62,679 nucleotides of DNA, from positions 1 through 62,679 of the forward strand of contig CAMBDK010000003.1 of assembly GCA_945865315.1 (NCBI GenBank), read 5' to 3'. Position numbers and translations under genes: made by a program. Within the stretch, counting starts at the first letter, position 1. Each line of letters starts with the position of its first letter. Under the pieces are notes generated by a model. That model was given only the letters and a program-made list of their open reading frames with translations. It ran no database searches and had not been told where the DNA came from. Shown here piece by piece: positions 48,901 through 57,219 of this stretch. This DNA is from Chitinophaga pinensis. Its GTDB lineage: Bacteria > Bacteroidota > Bacteroidia > 2-12-FULL-35-15.

Positions 48901-50337
48901 TTAAAAGATAAAGAGGGTAAGATAATAACAGATACTACAAAAAAAGAAAATAAAAACCCCTCTGTAATATTGGAATACATTGCAAGAATATTGATGAGCG
49001 TGAAAAACGTGAATTTAACCCTTGCTACAAACGAAGGCACTGTATTGCCTGGATACGGGCAGTTCACCAATATGATAGGAATGGATGGCCGTTTTGCAGG
49101 GCCTACACCAGGTTTTGTTTTTGGTGACCAAAAAGATATACGCGACGACGCTATTAAAAACGATTGGTTAGTGAAGCGCCAATCTTTAAATACACCATTT
49201 ACAAAAACAAATAGCCTAAATATTAATGCACGCGCAAATTTGGAGCCAATACCAAATTTTAAAATTGAAGTTACGGCAATTCAAACAAAATCAAATAACG
49301 CAAGTGAATTTTTTAGGTGGAACAGAGATAGCGCTCAGTTTTTACACCAATCGCCTATGGAAACAGGGGCTTTCAGCATGTCTTTTTTATCCTATAGCAC
49401 ATCCTTTAAAGACGGAGAAGAAATATTTAAACGTTTTTTAAATTCACGAGGAGAGGTTTCAAATCGTTTGGGAGCCGAAAACGACTCCTCCTTATCTATT
49501 ATAAATGGCTTTGCCGAAGGCTATAACCCTACCTCACAGGACGTTTTGATTCCGGCCTTTATTGCAGCATATTCAGGAACAAACCCAGCTTCTGTTGGGA
49601 TTAGCGCATTCCCTACTATACCATTGCCTAACTGGCGTATAACTTATGACGGATTATCAAAACTAGAGGCAATTAAAAAATATTTTAAATCCATCACCTT
49701 TAGCCACGCCTACCGTTCTACCTATAGTGTTAGCAGTTATATTTCAAATTTATTATATACCGACCCTGATAAAGATGGTTATACCGGAGTTAAGGAAGCT
49801 ATTTCAAACATTCCTACTAACCGCAATTTTTTAGCGAAAAATCTTATGAATACAATAACTATTACCGAACAGTGGAGCCCACTTATCAAGATGGATATAG
49901 CGCTTAAAAACAGCATGTTAGTGAATTTTGAATATAAAAAAGACAGAAACTTATCCTTAGGACTCACAAGTAAAACAATAACCGAAGTTGCAGGAAGTGA
50001 AATTGTTATTGGCACAGGCTATCGAATAAAAGACTTGTCCTTAGGGAGAAGGTTTCAAATAAAAGGCAAACCCATAAAAAGTGATTTAAATACCAAGGTT
50101 GATTTGTCCTTCCGTAAAAATGAAACAGTAATCAGGCGAATAGTAGAAGAGGTAAGCCAATCAACTGGAGGAACCAACATTATTTCTATAAAAATATCGG
50201 CCGATTATGTTATTAATGAACGTATTAATGTTCGTTTTTTTTATGACCGAATCATTAATAAGCCCGTAATATCAAACTCTTTTCCAACAACCAATACCAA
50301 TGCTGGAATTAGTTTGAGGCTAACACTTTCAAATTAA
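42976..50337 (+). CDS. sprA: T9SS translocon / gliding motility cell-surface protein SprA (2453 aa)
   Basis: The very large size, the conserved position immediately downstream of ruvA (a Bacteroidota-typical arrangement) and the beta-strand-rich sequence throughout all fit SprA. The GTG start is as in the ORF track, and the exact start is uncertain. Confidence 0.88.
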   Translation: MAKTGTKYLFTGAFSVGLLSLFFSTNARINLYNPSVSYNAHQFAKKNILNTSDVFINEELTYSKILPFAIDTPQTDTTINLKYDFADQSANDPLNYPNSGGLMLNNPSNVNTNVEYDPTSGNFNIDQKMGGANYRPPTYMDSEEYQNYIFKKQVKKYWNTRSDAETQNNQAQNKPIIPKLNVGGEIFDRIFGGNTVDIRPNGSAELIFAYNGTKTENPAIPVRNRKVNTFDFNERIQLNVTGKIGTKLNLTTAYNTEAMFDFENQMKLGYAGEEDDILKTIETGNVTMPLTGTLITGSQTLFGVKTKLQFGRLTVTGLLSQQKGKKSEVEVAGGAQISKFEVLGDAYEVNKHFFISHYFRDNFNTALAGLPFINSEININRIEVWILNTNTSTNDIRSVVAFSELAEGSNHIPSDQTYLNDMDPGSLPFNGQNNLYSNIIADSVVRTINTTISRLNTLSSNTLKQTINYELIASARKLQPSEFTLNPRLGFVSLNQQLNPDQALSVAYQYTLNGLVYQVGEFSDGGISAPKALYTKMLKSTAINTKHPMWNLMMKNIYSIGAFQINPQDFKLNIMYNNLQTGTDINYLPVPTAETGIQGKTLIQLLNLDRINQQNDQLADGVFDFIDGVTINANNGRVIFPVVEPFGDYLRSKFIPSGTLANSYVFDQLYDSTKTIAQQFPQLNRFKLKGSYSSSSGSDISLGAPNVPQGSVTVTAGGVKLTENLDYTVDYTLGRVKIINDGVLNSGTPIKIALESNALFAIQQKTLMATHLDFKINKDFNVGATVMNLTERPLTQKVNIGDEAIRNTIFGFEGNYRAEAPFITRFIDKIPFLETKAVSTITAAAEYAYLIPGHSKAIGKNGNSYIDDFEGSQSTIDLRSQSSWVLSSTPQGQPALFPEGNLADSLAYGFNRAKLAWYVIDPLFLRETTGLTPANISEDDMSNNFAREVAETEVFPNKPIPNGIPPNVATFDMAYYPNERGPYNYETAPVPGISSGLDANGNLNDPEKRWAGVMRSIQTNDFEAANVEYIQFWVMDPFNTDNAGGQTPLNATGSSTTGELYFNIGNVSEDILRDNYKSAENGLPTTVNPAATVNTDWAIVPSVQPLLNTFNNDPVERPFQDVGLDGVGSGTAITEQSFFSNYLNSLQGVVSAGAAAAISADPSNDDFHYFRGSDYDNANVKTVNRYKNFNGMENNSRTTEQSPESYPTSATLTPNIEDINRDNNLSTVESYYQYHISLKPSDFASGVGTNYITNVYSTSGQNIKNGAAKPITWYQFRIPIKSPERKVGSIENFQSIRFIRMFYKNVDKPIILRFARLELVRSEWRKYGFDLIQPGIYIPNDEANTLFDISAVSIEVDGSKQPVNYVLPPNINRQINAASANLIALNEQAMSLTVCNLKDGESRAAFKNTSLDVRSYKKLQMYFHAEPSANTSENLNNNDLHAFIRLGTDYTDNFYEYDIPLLVTAPGNYNGTNTDDQYKVWPEANDMVLEFSKLQEAKLARNKSVGNTSFSEYFVMDGNRKITVKGNPNLSAIKTMMIGIRNPKKAGTDGSDDGLSKCGQMWVNELRLTDFEEGGGGAATARVTAKLADFGTLSLAGNYYAPGFGSLENKVSERKRATLKQYDITSSFELGKFLPTDFNVRVPIYVGLSETFITPQFNPLDPDILLDPLLEDPTITPAERAALKVATQDYTKRKSINFTNVKKEKGKGSKKSHIYDIENWAASYSYNELFKRNVNLEYDSTRNHKAGLIYSFAPSPKNFKPFGKTKLLKSKNLLLIKDINFYLFPNKLGFSTDIERAYNTAKVRDITSEEMLIIPTYNKRFVMNRNYDLKFDLTKALKLDFVATNESRVLEPPGVIDTFEKRDTLKKNFLEGGKTTQYNHQFNVNYTIPINKLPLLDFTTASVRYTGTYNWVRAPFKADSLGNIIQNSRVISWTGAANMVTLYNKVPYFKKINQNSNKKAIEKGGIKIPAIKVPILKDKEGKIITDTTKKENKNPSVILEYIARILMSVKNVNLTLATNEGTVLPGYGQFTNMIGMDGRFAGPTPGFVFGDQKDIRDDAIKNDWLVKRQSLNTPFTKTNSLNINARANLEPIPNFKIEVTAIQTKSNNASEFFRWNRDSAQFLHQSPMETGAFSMSFLSYSTSFKDGEEIFKRFLNSRGEVSNRLGAENDSSLSIINGFAEGYNPTSQDVLIPAFIAAYSGTNPASVGISAFPTIPLPNWRITYDGLSKLEAIKKYFKSITFSHAYRSTYSVSSYISNLLYTDPDKDGYTGVKEAISNIPTNRNFLAKNLMNTITITEQWSPLIKMDIALKNSMLVNFEYKKDRNLSLGLTSKTITEVAGSEIVIGTGYRIKDLSLGRRFQIKGKPIKSDLNTKVDLSFRKNETVIRRIVEEVSQSTGGTNIISIKISADYVINERINVRFFYDRIINKPVISNSFPTTNTNAGISLRLTLSN

Positions 50338-50412
50338 ATTTACAAACAAATTATTTTGTTACAGAATTAACTATAAATTTACGTTCGCAAAAAAATAATA
50401 AATTATAATAAA

Positions 50413-50793
50413 ATGAATTTTCCTGAAAATTTAATGTATACAAAGGACCATGAATGGGTTCGCATAGAAGGTGATAATGCATATATTGGTATAACCGATT
50501 TCGCGCAAGGCGAGTTAGGGGATATTGTATTTATTGAAATTGAAACTGAAGGAGAGGAGCTTTCCATTGAAGAAATATTTGGAACAGTAGAAGCTGTTAA
50601 AACAGTATCTGATTTATTTATGCCTATTTCGGGTAAAGTATTGGAGGTAAATCCTGCATTAAATACAAATCCTGAAGGAGTAAATAAAGATCCTTATGGA
50701 CAAGGCTGGATGATAAAAGTGGCTATAAAAGATGCTGGTGAGTTAGATAATTTATTAAATGTTGCAGCCTATAAAACATTGATAGGTCATTAA
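50413..50793 (+). CDS. gcvH: Glycine cleavage system H protein
   Basis: [24 protein letters not shown] and the lipoyl-lysine motif VEAVKTVSD are present. Confidence 0.9.
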   Translation: MNFPENLMYTKDHEWVRIEGDNAYIGITDFAQGELGDIVFIEIETEGEELSIEEIFGTVEAVKTVSDLFMPISGKVLEVNPALNTNPEGVNKDPYGQGWMIKVAIKDAGELDNLLNVAAYKTLIGH

Positions 50794-50840
50794 AAAAATT
50801 ATTTTTAATACCCCCCGCAGTTTAATGGGGTGTATTGCTA

Positions 50841-50991
50841 ATTAGTGTCTGTCCATATAGTCGAGAGTCTGAACTATAATTTTCGAGTTCGAGGCTTTCG
50901 TAGTTTTGAAAACCAGGAGTTTACATTGGTAAATGACTGGTTTTTAAAACAAGAATAACGAAGAAATCGGACATTATAGACAGACTCTAAT
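50841..50991. repeat. ~150-nt long imperfect inverted repeat (rod-like hairpin); candidate structured small RNA or MITE-like element
   Basis: The outer arms are ATTAGTGTCTGTCCATATAGTC and GACATTATAGACAGACTCTAAT (about 22 pairing positions, about 4 mismatches). The inner 14-bp stem GTTTTGAAAACCAG (50903-50916) / CTGGTTTTTAAAAC (50937-50950) has one G-U pair. An apical TTTAC/GTAAA stem follows. There is an asymmetric internal loop on the 5' side. Confidence 0.45.
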
Positions 50992-51032
50992 TATACAACT
51001 CAGTTCTTAGGAGAGCTTTAAAGAGAATAAAA

Positions 51033-51434
51033 TTGTTGCTATTTTTAAAATACAATAAGTGGGCCTTATTATGGGCTTTATTAATTCTAGCCTTATGCGG
51101 AATTCCTGGTAAGGATATTCCGCATATTTCATTTTTAGAAATCCTTAGTTTTGATAAATTTGTTCATGCAGCCCTGTTTTTTGTCCTTATTTTGTTGGCC
51201 ATTAGGGGTTTTTTATTGCAGGAGAATTCTATAAAACTAAAGCATTCTGCAAAATGGCTAGCATTGTTATTGTGTATTGTTTATGGGGGACTGCTCGAAA
51301 TAATGCAGGCCAAACTTTTTGAAGGGAGGAATGCCGATTTATTTGATTTTTTAGCCAATAGTTTAGGTAGCACAATTGGATTTGTATTTTACAATAAGCT
51401 GGAAAAAATATTTTTGATTCGATTTATAAATTAA
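51033..51434 (+). CDS. VanZ-family membrane protein
   Basis: The 133-aa protein has a TTG start and 4 TM helices. The FDKFVHAALFFVL and DLFDFLANSLG motifs are typical of VanZ-like proteins. Confidence 0.65.
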   Translation: MLLFLKYNKWALLWALLILALCGIPGKDIPHISFLEILSFDKFVHAALFFVLILLAIRGFLLQENSIKLKHSAKWLALLLCIVYGGLLEIMQAKLFEGRNADLFDFLANSLGSTIGFVFYNKLEKIFLIRFIN

Positions 51435-51436
51435 GC

Positions 51437-51886
51437 ATGGAAATTACCTGGAAAATAAAATCGTTTAATGAACTTTTAAGTATAGAGTTATACCAAATTT
51501 TTAATTTAAGAATAGCTGTATTTATTCTGGAACAAAACAGCCTATACCAAGATGCTGACTGGAAGGACCTTCATTCATTTCATTTGATGGGCATGGATGA
51601 AAAAGGTGACTTAGTTGCTTATGCAAGGATTCTTCCTTCGGAAATATCTTATAAGGAGGTTTCAATTGGAAGAGTAATTGCATCAAAAAAATTAAGGGGA
51701 GAAGGACTTGGTGCCGATTTAATGGAAAGGGCCTTGCAATTTATCTCGATACAATTTGGTGCCGGCCCTATTAGGATTAGCGCACAATGCTACTTAATAA
51801 AATTTTATTCGAAATTTGGATTTGAAATTGTTGGAGAAGAATATTTAGAGGATAATCTCCCGCATATTGAAATGCTGATGGCTTAA
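51437..51886 (+). CDS. GNAT-family N-acetyltransferase, ElaA-like
   Basis: FNELLSIELYQIFNLRIAVFILEQN is an ElaA-type N-terminus. The acetyl-CoA motif is RGEGLGADLMERAL. Confidence 0.75.
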   Translation: MEITWKIKSFNELLSIELYQIFNLRIAVFILEQNSLYQDADWKDLHSFHLMGMDEKGDLVAYARILPSEISYKEVSIGRVIASKKLRGEGLGADLMERALQFISIQFGAGPIRISAQCYLIKFYSKFGFEIVGEEYLEDNLPHIEMLMA

Positions 51887-51959
51887 TAGAGCGCTACATT
51901 GAGGGGGTTTTATAAAATTACAATACTATATAATCTTCTGTGAAAGCTTCATACATAGA

Positions 51960-52688
51960 TTAAATTTTTAAAGCGATGCAAGCCTGTTCAGAAACCATTT
52001 GTTCAGCTCGTTTTTTAGAAAAATGCTGTGCCGACCCAAGAATTTCATTTTCTACTACTAATTGAATAGTAAATAGCTTGTCGGAAGCGCTGCTGCCGTC
52101 AACGATCATTTCAAATTGAAATTCTTTTTTTTCTTTTTGCCCCCATTCAATAAACCTCGACTTAAAATCTATTTCTTTACTTTCCACCTCTTCCATATCA
52201 ATATGGATATTAATAATACGAGTAAGAATAAACTGTTGAACGGCTTCATATCCTTTATCAAGATAAATAGCACCAATCAATGCTTCGTAAGCATCTCCAC
52301 TAATAGAATTTGGGAGATTAATTTTAAATCGATCGGCATCAACTTTTATAAAATTATTTAAACCTAAATTAATTGCAATTTGAATGTGTTTTGATCTACT
52401 TACCATTTTTGATCGCATCTTGGTTAAAAAACCCTCGTCTTTAAAAGGGAATTTTTTAAAAAGATAATCCGCCACAACTGTTCCAATCACAGAGTCGCCT
52501 AAAAACTCAAGCCTTTCATTGCTGTCTCTTCTTCCATTTATTGTTGGTTGGGCAATAGAGCTGTGTCTAAAAGCTAAGGTATACAATGCTATATTACCAA
52601 CGTAAAACCCTAAAATATTCCGCAAGGATTCGTGGAGTTTTTTGTCGGCGGAAAAGTAAATCCTTATAGGTTTTGAAAATATTGACAA
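51960..52688 (-). CDS. rnc: Ribonuclease III
   Basis: It has the RNase III signature ERLEFLGDSV, then GDAYEALIGAIYLD, and a C-terminal dsRBD. Confidence 0.9.
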   Translation of the reverse strand: MSIFSKPIRIYFSADKKLHESLRNILGFYVGNIALYTLAFRHSSIAQPTINGRRDSNERLEFLGDSVIGTVVADYLFKKFPFKDEGFLTKMRSKMVSRSKHIQIAINLGLNNFIKVDADRFKINLPNSISGDAYEALIGAIYLDKGYEAVQQFILTRIINIHIDMEEVESKEIDFKSRFIEWGQKEKKEFQFEMIVDGSSASDKLFTIQLVVENEILGSAQHFSKKRAEQMVSEQACIALKI

Positions 52689-52929
52689 TTGTGAAATATG
52701 GTTTTTAATAGTTTGTAATTAAAGGCATCCTTAGTGAAGTTTTCGCAATAAATGCGCAAATTAAATGGTTCAAAAGCTGTGTGTTTTTCTTTTGTCTTGA
52801 TACAAAAGAAACAAAAAATCAAGAACAAACGATTCCTCCCCACCAGTAACCCAGCATCGCGTTTGTACCTTCCTCACGCGCGTTTTCATAAGGATGTTTT
52901 TTGCAAAAAAATGAAATCCAGCAAAATTA

Positions 52930-53469
52930 TTAATGTGAACTTTCTTGTTTAACCAATACCGGAGCTTCCATTACATAAGAACATTTTTTGCAGGTCCGCA
53001 AATCTTTATTTTCATAAAATGTGGTGAAAGTTTCTTGAAATTGCGTCATAATATTTTCTAGTTGAAAATATTTTTCAAACAATTTATTGTTGCACTTTTC
53101 ACAAAACCACAATAAGCCATCTTTTTCATTTGCTCTTCTTTTTCGTTCCATTACTAAACCTATTGTGTTACCACCTCTTTTAGGGTTGTGTGGCACTCTG
53201 GGAGGCAATAGGAAAATGTCGCCTTCTTTTAATATTACCTCCAGGGCTTTATCGTTTTCTTGAATATTAATACAAATATCCCCTTCCAGCTGATAAAAGA
53301 ACTCTTCACTTTCATTATAATGATAATCTTTACGCGCGTTAGGGCCGCCCACTACCATTACAATAAATTCGGTATTCTCAAAAACCACTTTATTTCCTAC
53401 GGGAGGTTTTAATAAATGGCGATTTTCGTCAATCCAATTTTTAAAATTAAAAGGGAGTTGTATTGGCAT
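52930..53469 (-). CDS. 3-hydroxyanthranilate 3,4-dioxygenase (cupin, kynurenine pathway)
   Basis: NFKNWIDENRHLLKPPVGNK, DYHYNESEEFFYQLEGD and PPRVPHNPKR are present. The C-terminal CEKC...CKKC is a rubredoxin-like site. Confidence 0.85.
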   Translation of the reverse strand: MPIQLPFNFKNWIDENRHLLKPPVGNKVVFENTEFIVMVVGGPNARKDYHYNESEEFFYQLEGDICINIQENDKALEVILKEGDIFLLPPRVPHNPKRGGNTIGLVMERKRRANEKDGLLWFCEKCNNKLFEKYFQLENIMTQFQETFTTFYENKDLRTCKKCSYVMEAPVLVKQESSH

Positions 53470-53552
53470 TTATAATGGGTTTTTATGAGCTTATTTAACT
53501 AGTAATTAAATGAAAATAGCCTATTTAAATTTTATATGTTTAAATATATTAT

Positions 53553-55850
53553 TTAAATTTTAATAGTAAGTTGTAAAACATAAGTTCGTGGAGCGAAAAT
53601 ATCGGCCGGCCTGCCCATCACTTCACGGTTTAAAACATTATTTATTACTACTGCAATTTTACTATTTTTTTGCAATTGATAGGACATCCTAACATCAAAA
53701 ATAGCGTCTCCCTTATTATGTTCTGCGCGGTACTGTTTGGTGCCAGGGAAAAAGCTAGATTCAAAAATACCATCTACATTTTCCATAAAACTATTGGCTC
53801 GCATGCTAATTCCTAAACCCACTTTCTTATAATCAAACTGAATATCAGCTTTCCCGCTATGTTTATAGCGGTATTTTAAAATATTAGTTTTTGCAGAGTT
53901 ATTAATTATTGTATCCACTGCTAAATCAAAATCTATTTGCTGTGGGTTTATATAAGTGTATCCTAATAAAGTAGTAACACTAACTTGTCCTATTTTCCCT
54001 TCCCCCATAATTGAAATTTCTGCTCCACGGATGCGAGTGTTGCCAATATTTTGTGACTGGAATCCTAATCCACCAAATGGTTGATCGGATGTACCGTATA
54101 ACCCAAATGTAAACTCCATCATATTTCTATATTCTGTCCAGAAGGCAGCAATATCCACAAATCCTTTCCAGGCGCCTAATGATACGCCTTGTTTTACAGC
54201 AATTTCTGAGCTCCATCCGCTTTCAGGCATTAAGCCTTTATTAGGGTAAACCTCTAATCCGCTAGCACTTGTGCGAATAAATCGTTCTGCTACAGAAGGG
54301 AATCTGAATCCCTGACCAAATGATGCTCTCAGGTAGGTAGCTTCAGCTATGCGATAGTTTGCACCAAAACGCATCACAGGCTTTACTTTCGATTGTTTAG
54401 CGATTGGTTTAGAGGCATCAAAAAGCCAATTAATATTTTCTCTTGTTTCAACAGTATCGGTTTTAAAGTATTCCCCTCTTAAGCCCAATGATAGTGTAAG
54501 TTTTTTAAACTTTTTGTCAAATTGAGTAAAAAAAGATGCGTTTGTACTAAAATGTATCCCGTACATTTCAGCGTGAACCTCGCTGTAATTAAATACTGTA
54601 CCAGCGGTCCAGGACAGTCCGTTGTTAAACTTTTTTTGATATTGATATTCAGAATAATAAACGTCCCCTCTTGATTGTTGGTTAGTATTATTTAAATTTT
54701 CTGTTCTAAAAAAACGAGTTCTTAAGGAATGCCGCCCATTTTTTTTAGTTACATAATTAATGTAGGGGTCAATATTTGTGCGGAAAGTAGTGTAATTACT
54801 TACATCCAAGCCTTTTGGGTAATATGCGGAGTCTGGGGTGGCCCACAAAATAAATAATCCTCCCTTTGTGCTTACCCTATTTATATTAACTCCCATTTGC
54901 AAACCTTGTATTTTTTTAAATCGATAACGTAAATTTGTATTTACTCTGTAACGCTGCTCTGTGCCTAGATATTTGTATCCATCATCATCAAATAAATTAG
55001 CCCCAACCACCAAATCAAGGTTCCCAATTTTCTGCAAGTGGGTAACATTCACGCTGCTATAAGTTGGATTTGCATCTTGCCACCAAATAAGCTCCTTGCG
55101 TTTAGGATTACCATAAACACCTGCCATGAAATTTATTTTAGTTTCCGGCTCCTCTTTTGCATATGCTGTGCGAAAATTTATTACTCCATTCATTGCCGCC
55201 GAACCAAAAAGGGCAGAAGAGGCTCCTTTAATAACTTCTATCTGTTCGCAATTCTCGATGGGTAAGGCGGTCCATTTTACATCGCCAGCATCGGCAGTTA
55301 GCATCGGCATTTCATCAACAAGTAATAGCACCCTGCTTCCAGCACCATAACTGAAGCCGCTACCACCACGTATATTTGCTTGGCCATCAATCACGTTTAC
55401 CCCAGGAACCTGATCCACAGCCTTATCGATGGATACTAAGGCTTTGTTTTCAATTAATGATGGCTTTAATACTTCCATAGAAATAGTAACCTCCTTTAAG
55501 TTCTGTTCAAATCTTCCGGCAGAAACCACTACAATATCCAATGTCTTAGAATCGGGCTCTAAAATAATATTTAATGCGATGGTGTCATTATCTTTAAATT
55601 CAATATTTTTTATTTGTGATTTAAAACCAACGTATTTAAATTCAATTTTATGCTTTCCTGCAGTGGTTTTGAAAAAATAATCCCCATTTATATCCGAAAC
55701 GGTACCTGTTGCATCGTCAACTACCACATTGCCTCCTACAATAGTTTCTTTATTTTTTGAATCTGAAATTATACCTTTAATAAACCCATTTTGTCCAATA
55801 AGATTTGCTGCAAATTGAAGACAAAAAACTAAAGTCAATATTTTTTTCAT
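53553..55850 (-). CDS. TonB-dependent outer-membrane receptor with an N-terminal carboxypeptidase-regulatory-like domain
   Basis: It has a signal peptide, a CarboxypepD_reg-like block (GFIKGIISDSKNKETIVGGNVVV...DINGDYFF), a plug domain (IEVIKGASSALFGSAAMNGVINF) and a long beta-barrel. Confidence 0.85.
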   Translation of the reverse strand: MKKILTLVFCLQFAANLIGQNGFIKGIISDSKNKETIVGGNVVVDDATGTVSDINGDYFFKTTAGKHKIEFKYVGFKSQIKNIEFKDNDTIALNIILEPDSKTLDIVVVSAGRFEQNLKEVTISMEVLKPSLIENKALVSIDKAVDQVPGVNVIDGQANIRGGSGFSYGAGSRVLLLVDEMPMLTADAGDVKWTALPIENCEQIEVIKGASSALFGSAAMNGVINFRTAYAKEEPETKINFMAGVYGNPKRKELIWWQDANPTYSSVNVTHLQKIGNLDLVVGANLFDDDGYKYLGTEQRYRVNTNLRYRFKKIQGLQMGVNINRVSTKGGLFILWATPDSAYYPKGLDVSNYTTFRTNIDPYINYVTKKNGRHSLRTRFFRTENLNNTNQQSRGDVYYSEYQYQKKFNNGLSWTAGTVFNYSEVHAEMYGIHFSTNASFFTQFDKKFKKLTLSLGLRGEYFKTDTVETRENINWLFDASKPIAKQSKVKPVMRFGANYRIAEATYLRASFGQGFRFPSVAERFIRTSASGLEVYPNKGLMPESGWSSEIAVKQGVSLGAWKGFVDIAAFWTEYRNMMEFTFGLYGTSDQPFGGLGFQSQNIGNTRIRGAEISIMGEGKIGQVSVTTLLGYTYINPQQIDFDLAVDTIINNSAKTNILKYRYKHSGKADIQFDYKKVGLGISMRANSFMENVDGIFESSFFPGTKQYRAEHNKGDAIFDVRMSYQLQKNSKIAVVINNVLNREVMGRPADIFAPRTYVLQLTIKI

Positions 55851-55955
55851 ATATATATTATTTGAGGTTCTTAATTTAAAATAGTTCTCTTGTAATTTAA
55901 TATCCTTGATTCAATAAAATAGATTACATTTTAATTTTTAAAATATAAAAAAACA

Positions 55956-57122
55956 ATGCTTAATTTTTTACATTTGTTTAAACAATTGTGCAAGATACAA
56001 ATTATTATATTTCAAAAACCTGTGACTGAAAATTTAAAATACAATATTGCACTTACCCTCCTTCCAAATGTCGGGGACATATTAGCTAAACGACTTGTAG
56101 CGTATTGTGGAAGTGCGCAAGCTATTTTTAAAGAAAAAAAATCTTCGCTCGAAAAAATTCCTGGCATAGGATCTTTAATTGCTAAATCTGTAATTAATCA
56201 AACAGTTTTTGAACGAGCAGAAGAAGAGATAAAGTATATTAATGATAATAATATTTCTCCTCTTTTTTATTTAGACAGCAATTACCCAAAAAGATTATTA
56301 CACTGTGCGGATAGTCCTATAATGCTCTATTACAAAGGAAATGCAAATCTTAACGCTGAAAAAATTATAAGCATTGTAGGGACTCGGGAAGCAACAGAAT
56401 ACGGAAAAAAAATATGTGAAAAATTAATTGCGGACTTAGCTGTTTATAATGTAGTTATCGTAAGCGGCTTAGCTTACGGAATTGATATTTATGCCCACAA
56501 GGCGGCGTTATACAATAAACTTCCAACTGTTTGTGCTTTGGCACATGGCTTGGATAGGATTTATCCAGCCATACATCAGTCTACAGCAAATAAAATGCTT
56601 GAAGGTGGCGGATGGCTTAGTGATTTTATTAGTAAAACGATACCCGACCGAGAGAATTTCCCTCGTAGAAATAGAATTGTAGCAGGTATTTCCGATGCAA
56701 CAATTGTAATAGAATCTAAAAAAAAGGGAGGATCCCTTATTACTGCAGAAATAGCGAATAGTTATAACCGGGATGTTTTTGCTTTCCCTGGAAGGGTGGA
56801 TGATTTATGTTCAGAAGGCTGCAACAATATTATTAAACAAAATAAAGCTGCGCTAATACAATCGGCTTCGGATTTAATTTATATTTTAGGCTGGGAGCAA
56901 TCTAAGGGGCTTAAAGCGCCACAACAAAAAAAATTATTTTTAGAATTAAGTAAGGAGGAGGAGTTATTGATGACGGTATTAAAAGAAAAAGACTTAACTA
57001 CTATTGATGATATTTGCTTCGCTTCTAAACTTCCTATGAGCAAAGTTTCTGCGCTTCTGTTAACCCTTGAATTTTCTGGAATTGTAAAGTCTTTCCCAGG
57101 AAAAACCTACCGCTTGAATTAA
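55956..57122 (+). CDS. dprA: DNA-processing protein DprA (Smf)
   Basis: IVGTREATEYGK, VIVSGLAYGIDIYAHKAAL and GGSLITAEIA are present. The true start may be the in-frame GTG at 56022, because the first 22 codons look non-conserved. Confidence 0.85.
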   Translation: MLNFLHLFKQLCKIQIIIFQKPVTENLKYNIALTLLPNVGDILAKRLVAYCGSAQAIFKEKKSSLEKIPGIGSLIAKSVINQTVFERAEEEIKYINDNNISPLFYLDSNYPKRLLHCADSPIMLYYKGNANLNAEKIISIVGTREATEYGKKICEKLIADLAVYNVVIVSGLAYGIDIYAHKAALYNKLPTVCALAHGLDRIYPAIHQSTANKMLEGGGWLSDFISKTIPDRENFPRRNRIVAGISDATIVIESKKKGGSLITAEIANSYNRDVFAFPGRVDDLCSEGCNNIIKQNKAALIQSASDLIYILGWEQSKGLKAPQQKKLFLELSKEEELLMTVLKEKDLTTIDDICFASKLPMSKVSALLLTLEFSGIVKSFPGKTYRLN

Positions 57123-57219
57123 AATTAATTTTAGGCAAAAAAAATATTTTACGAAATACATTTTTTTAAAACAAAAATGTTAAGAATTATAAATTATTTT
57201 AAAAAAGTATGCTCAAGGA

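Noticed and set aside
50808-50835. The hairpin ATACCCCCC-(10-nt loop)-GGGGTGTAT after gcvH was considered as a rho-independent terminator feature.
   Set aside because: The stem has an internal mismatch and no T-run follows it. It is mentioned under the inverted-repeat finding and not called as a feature.
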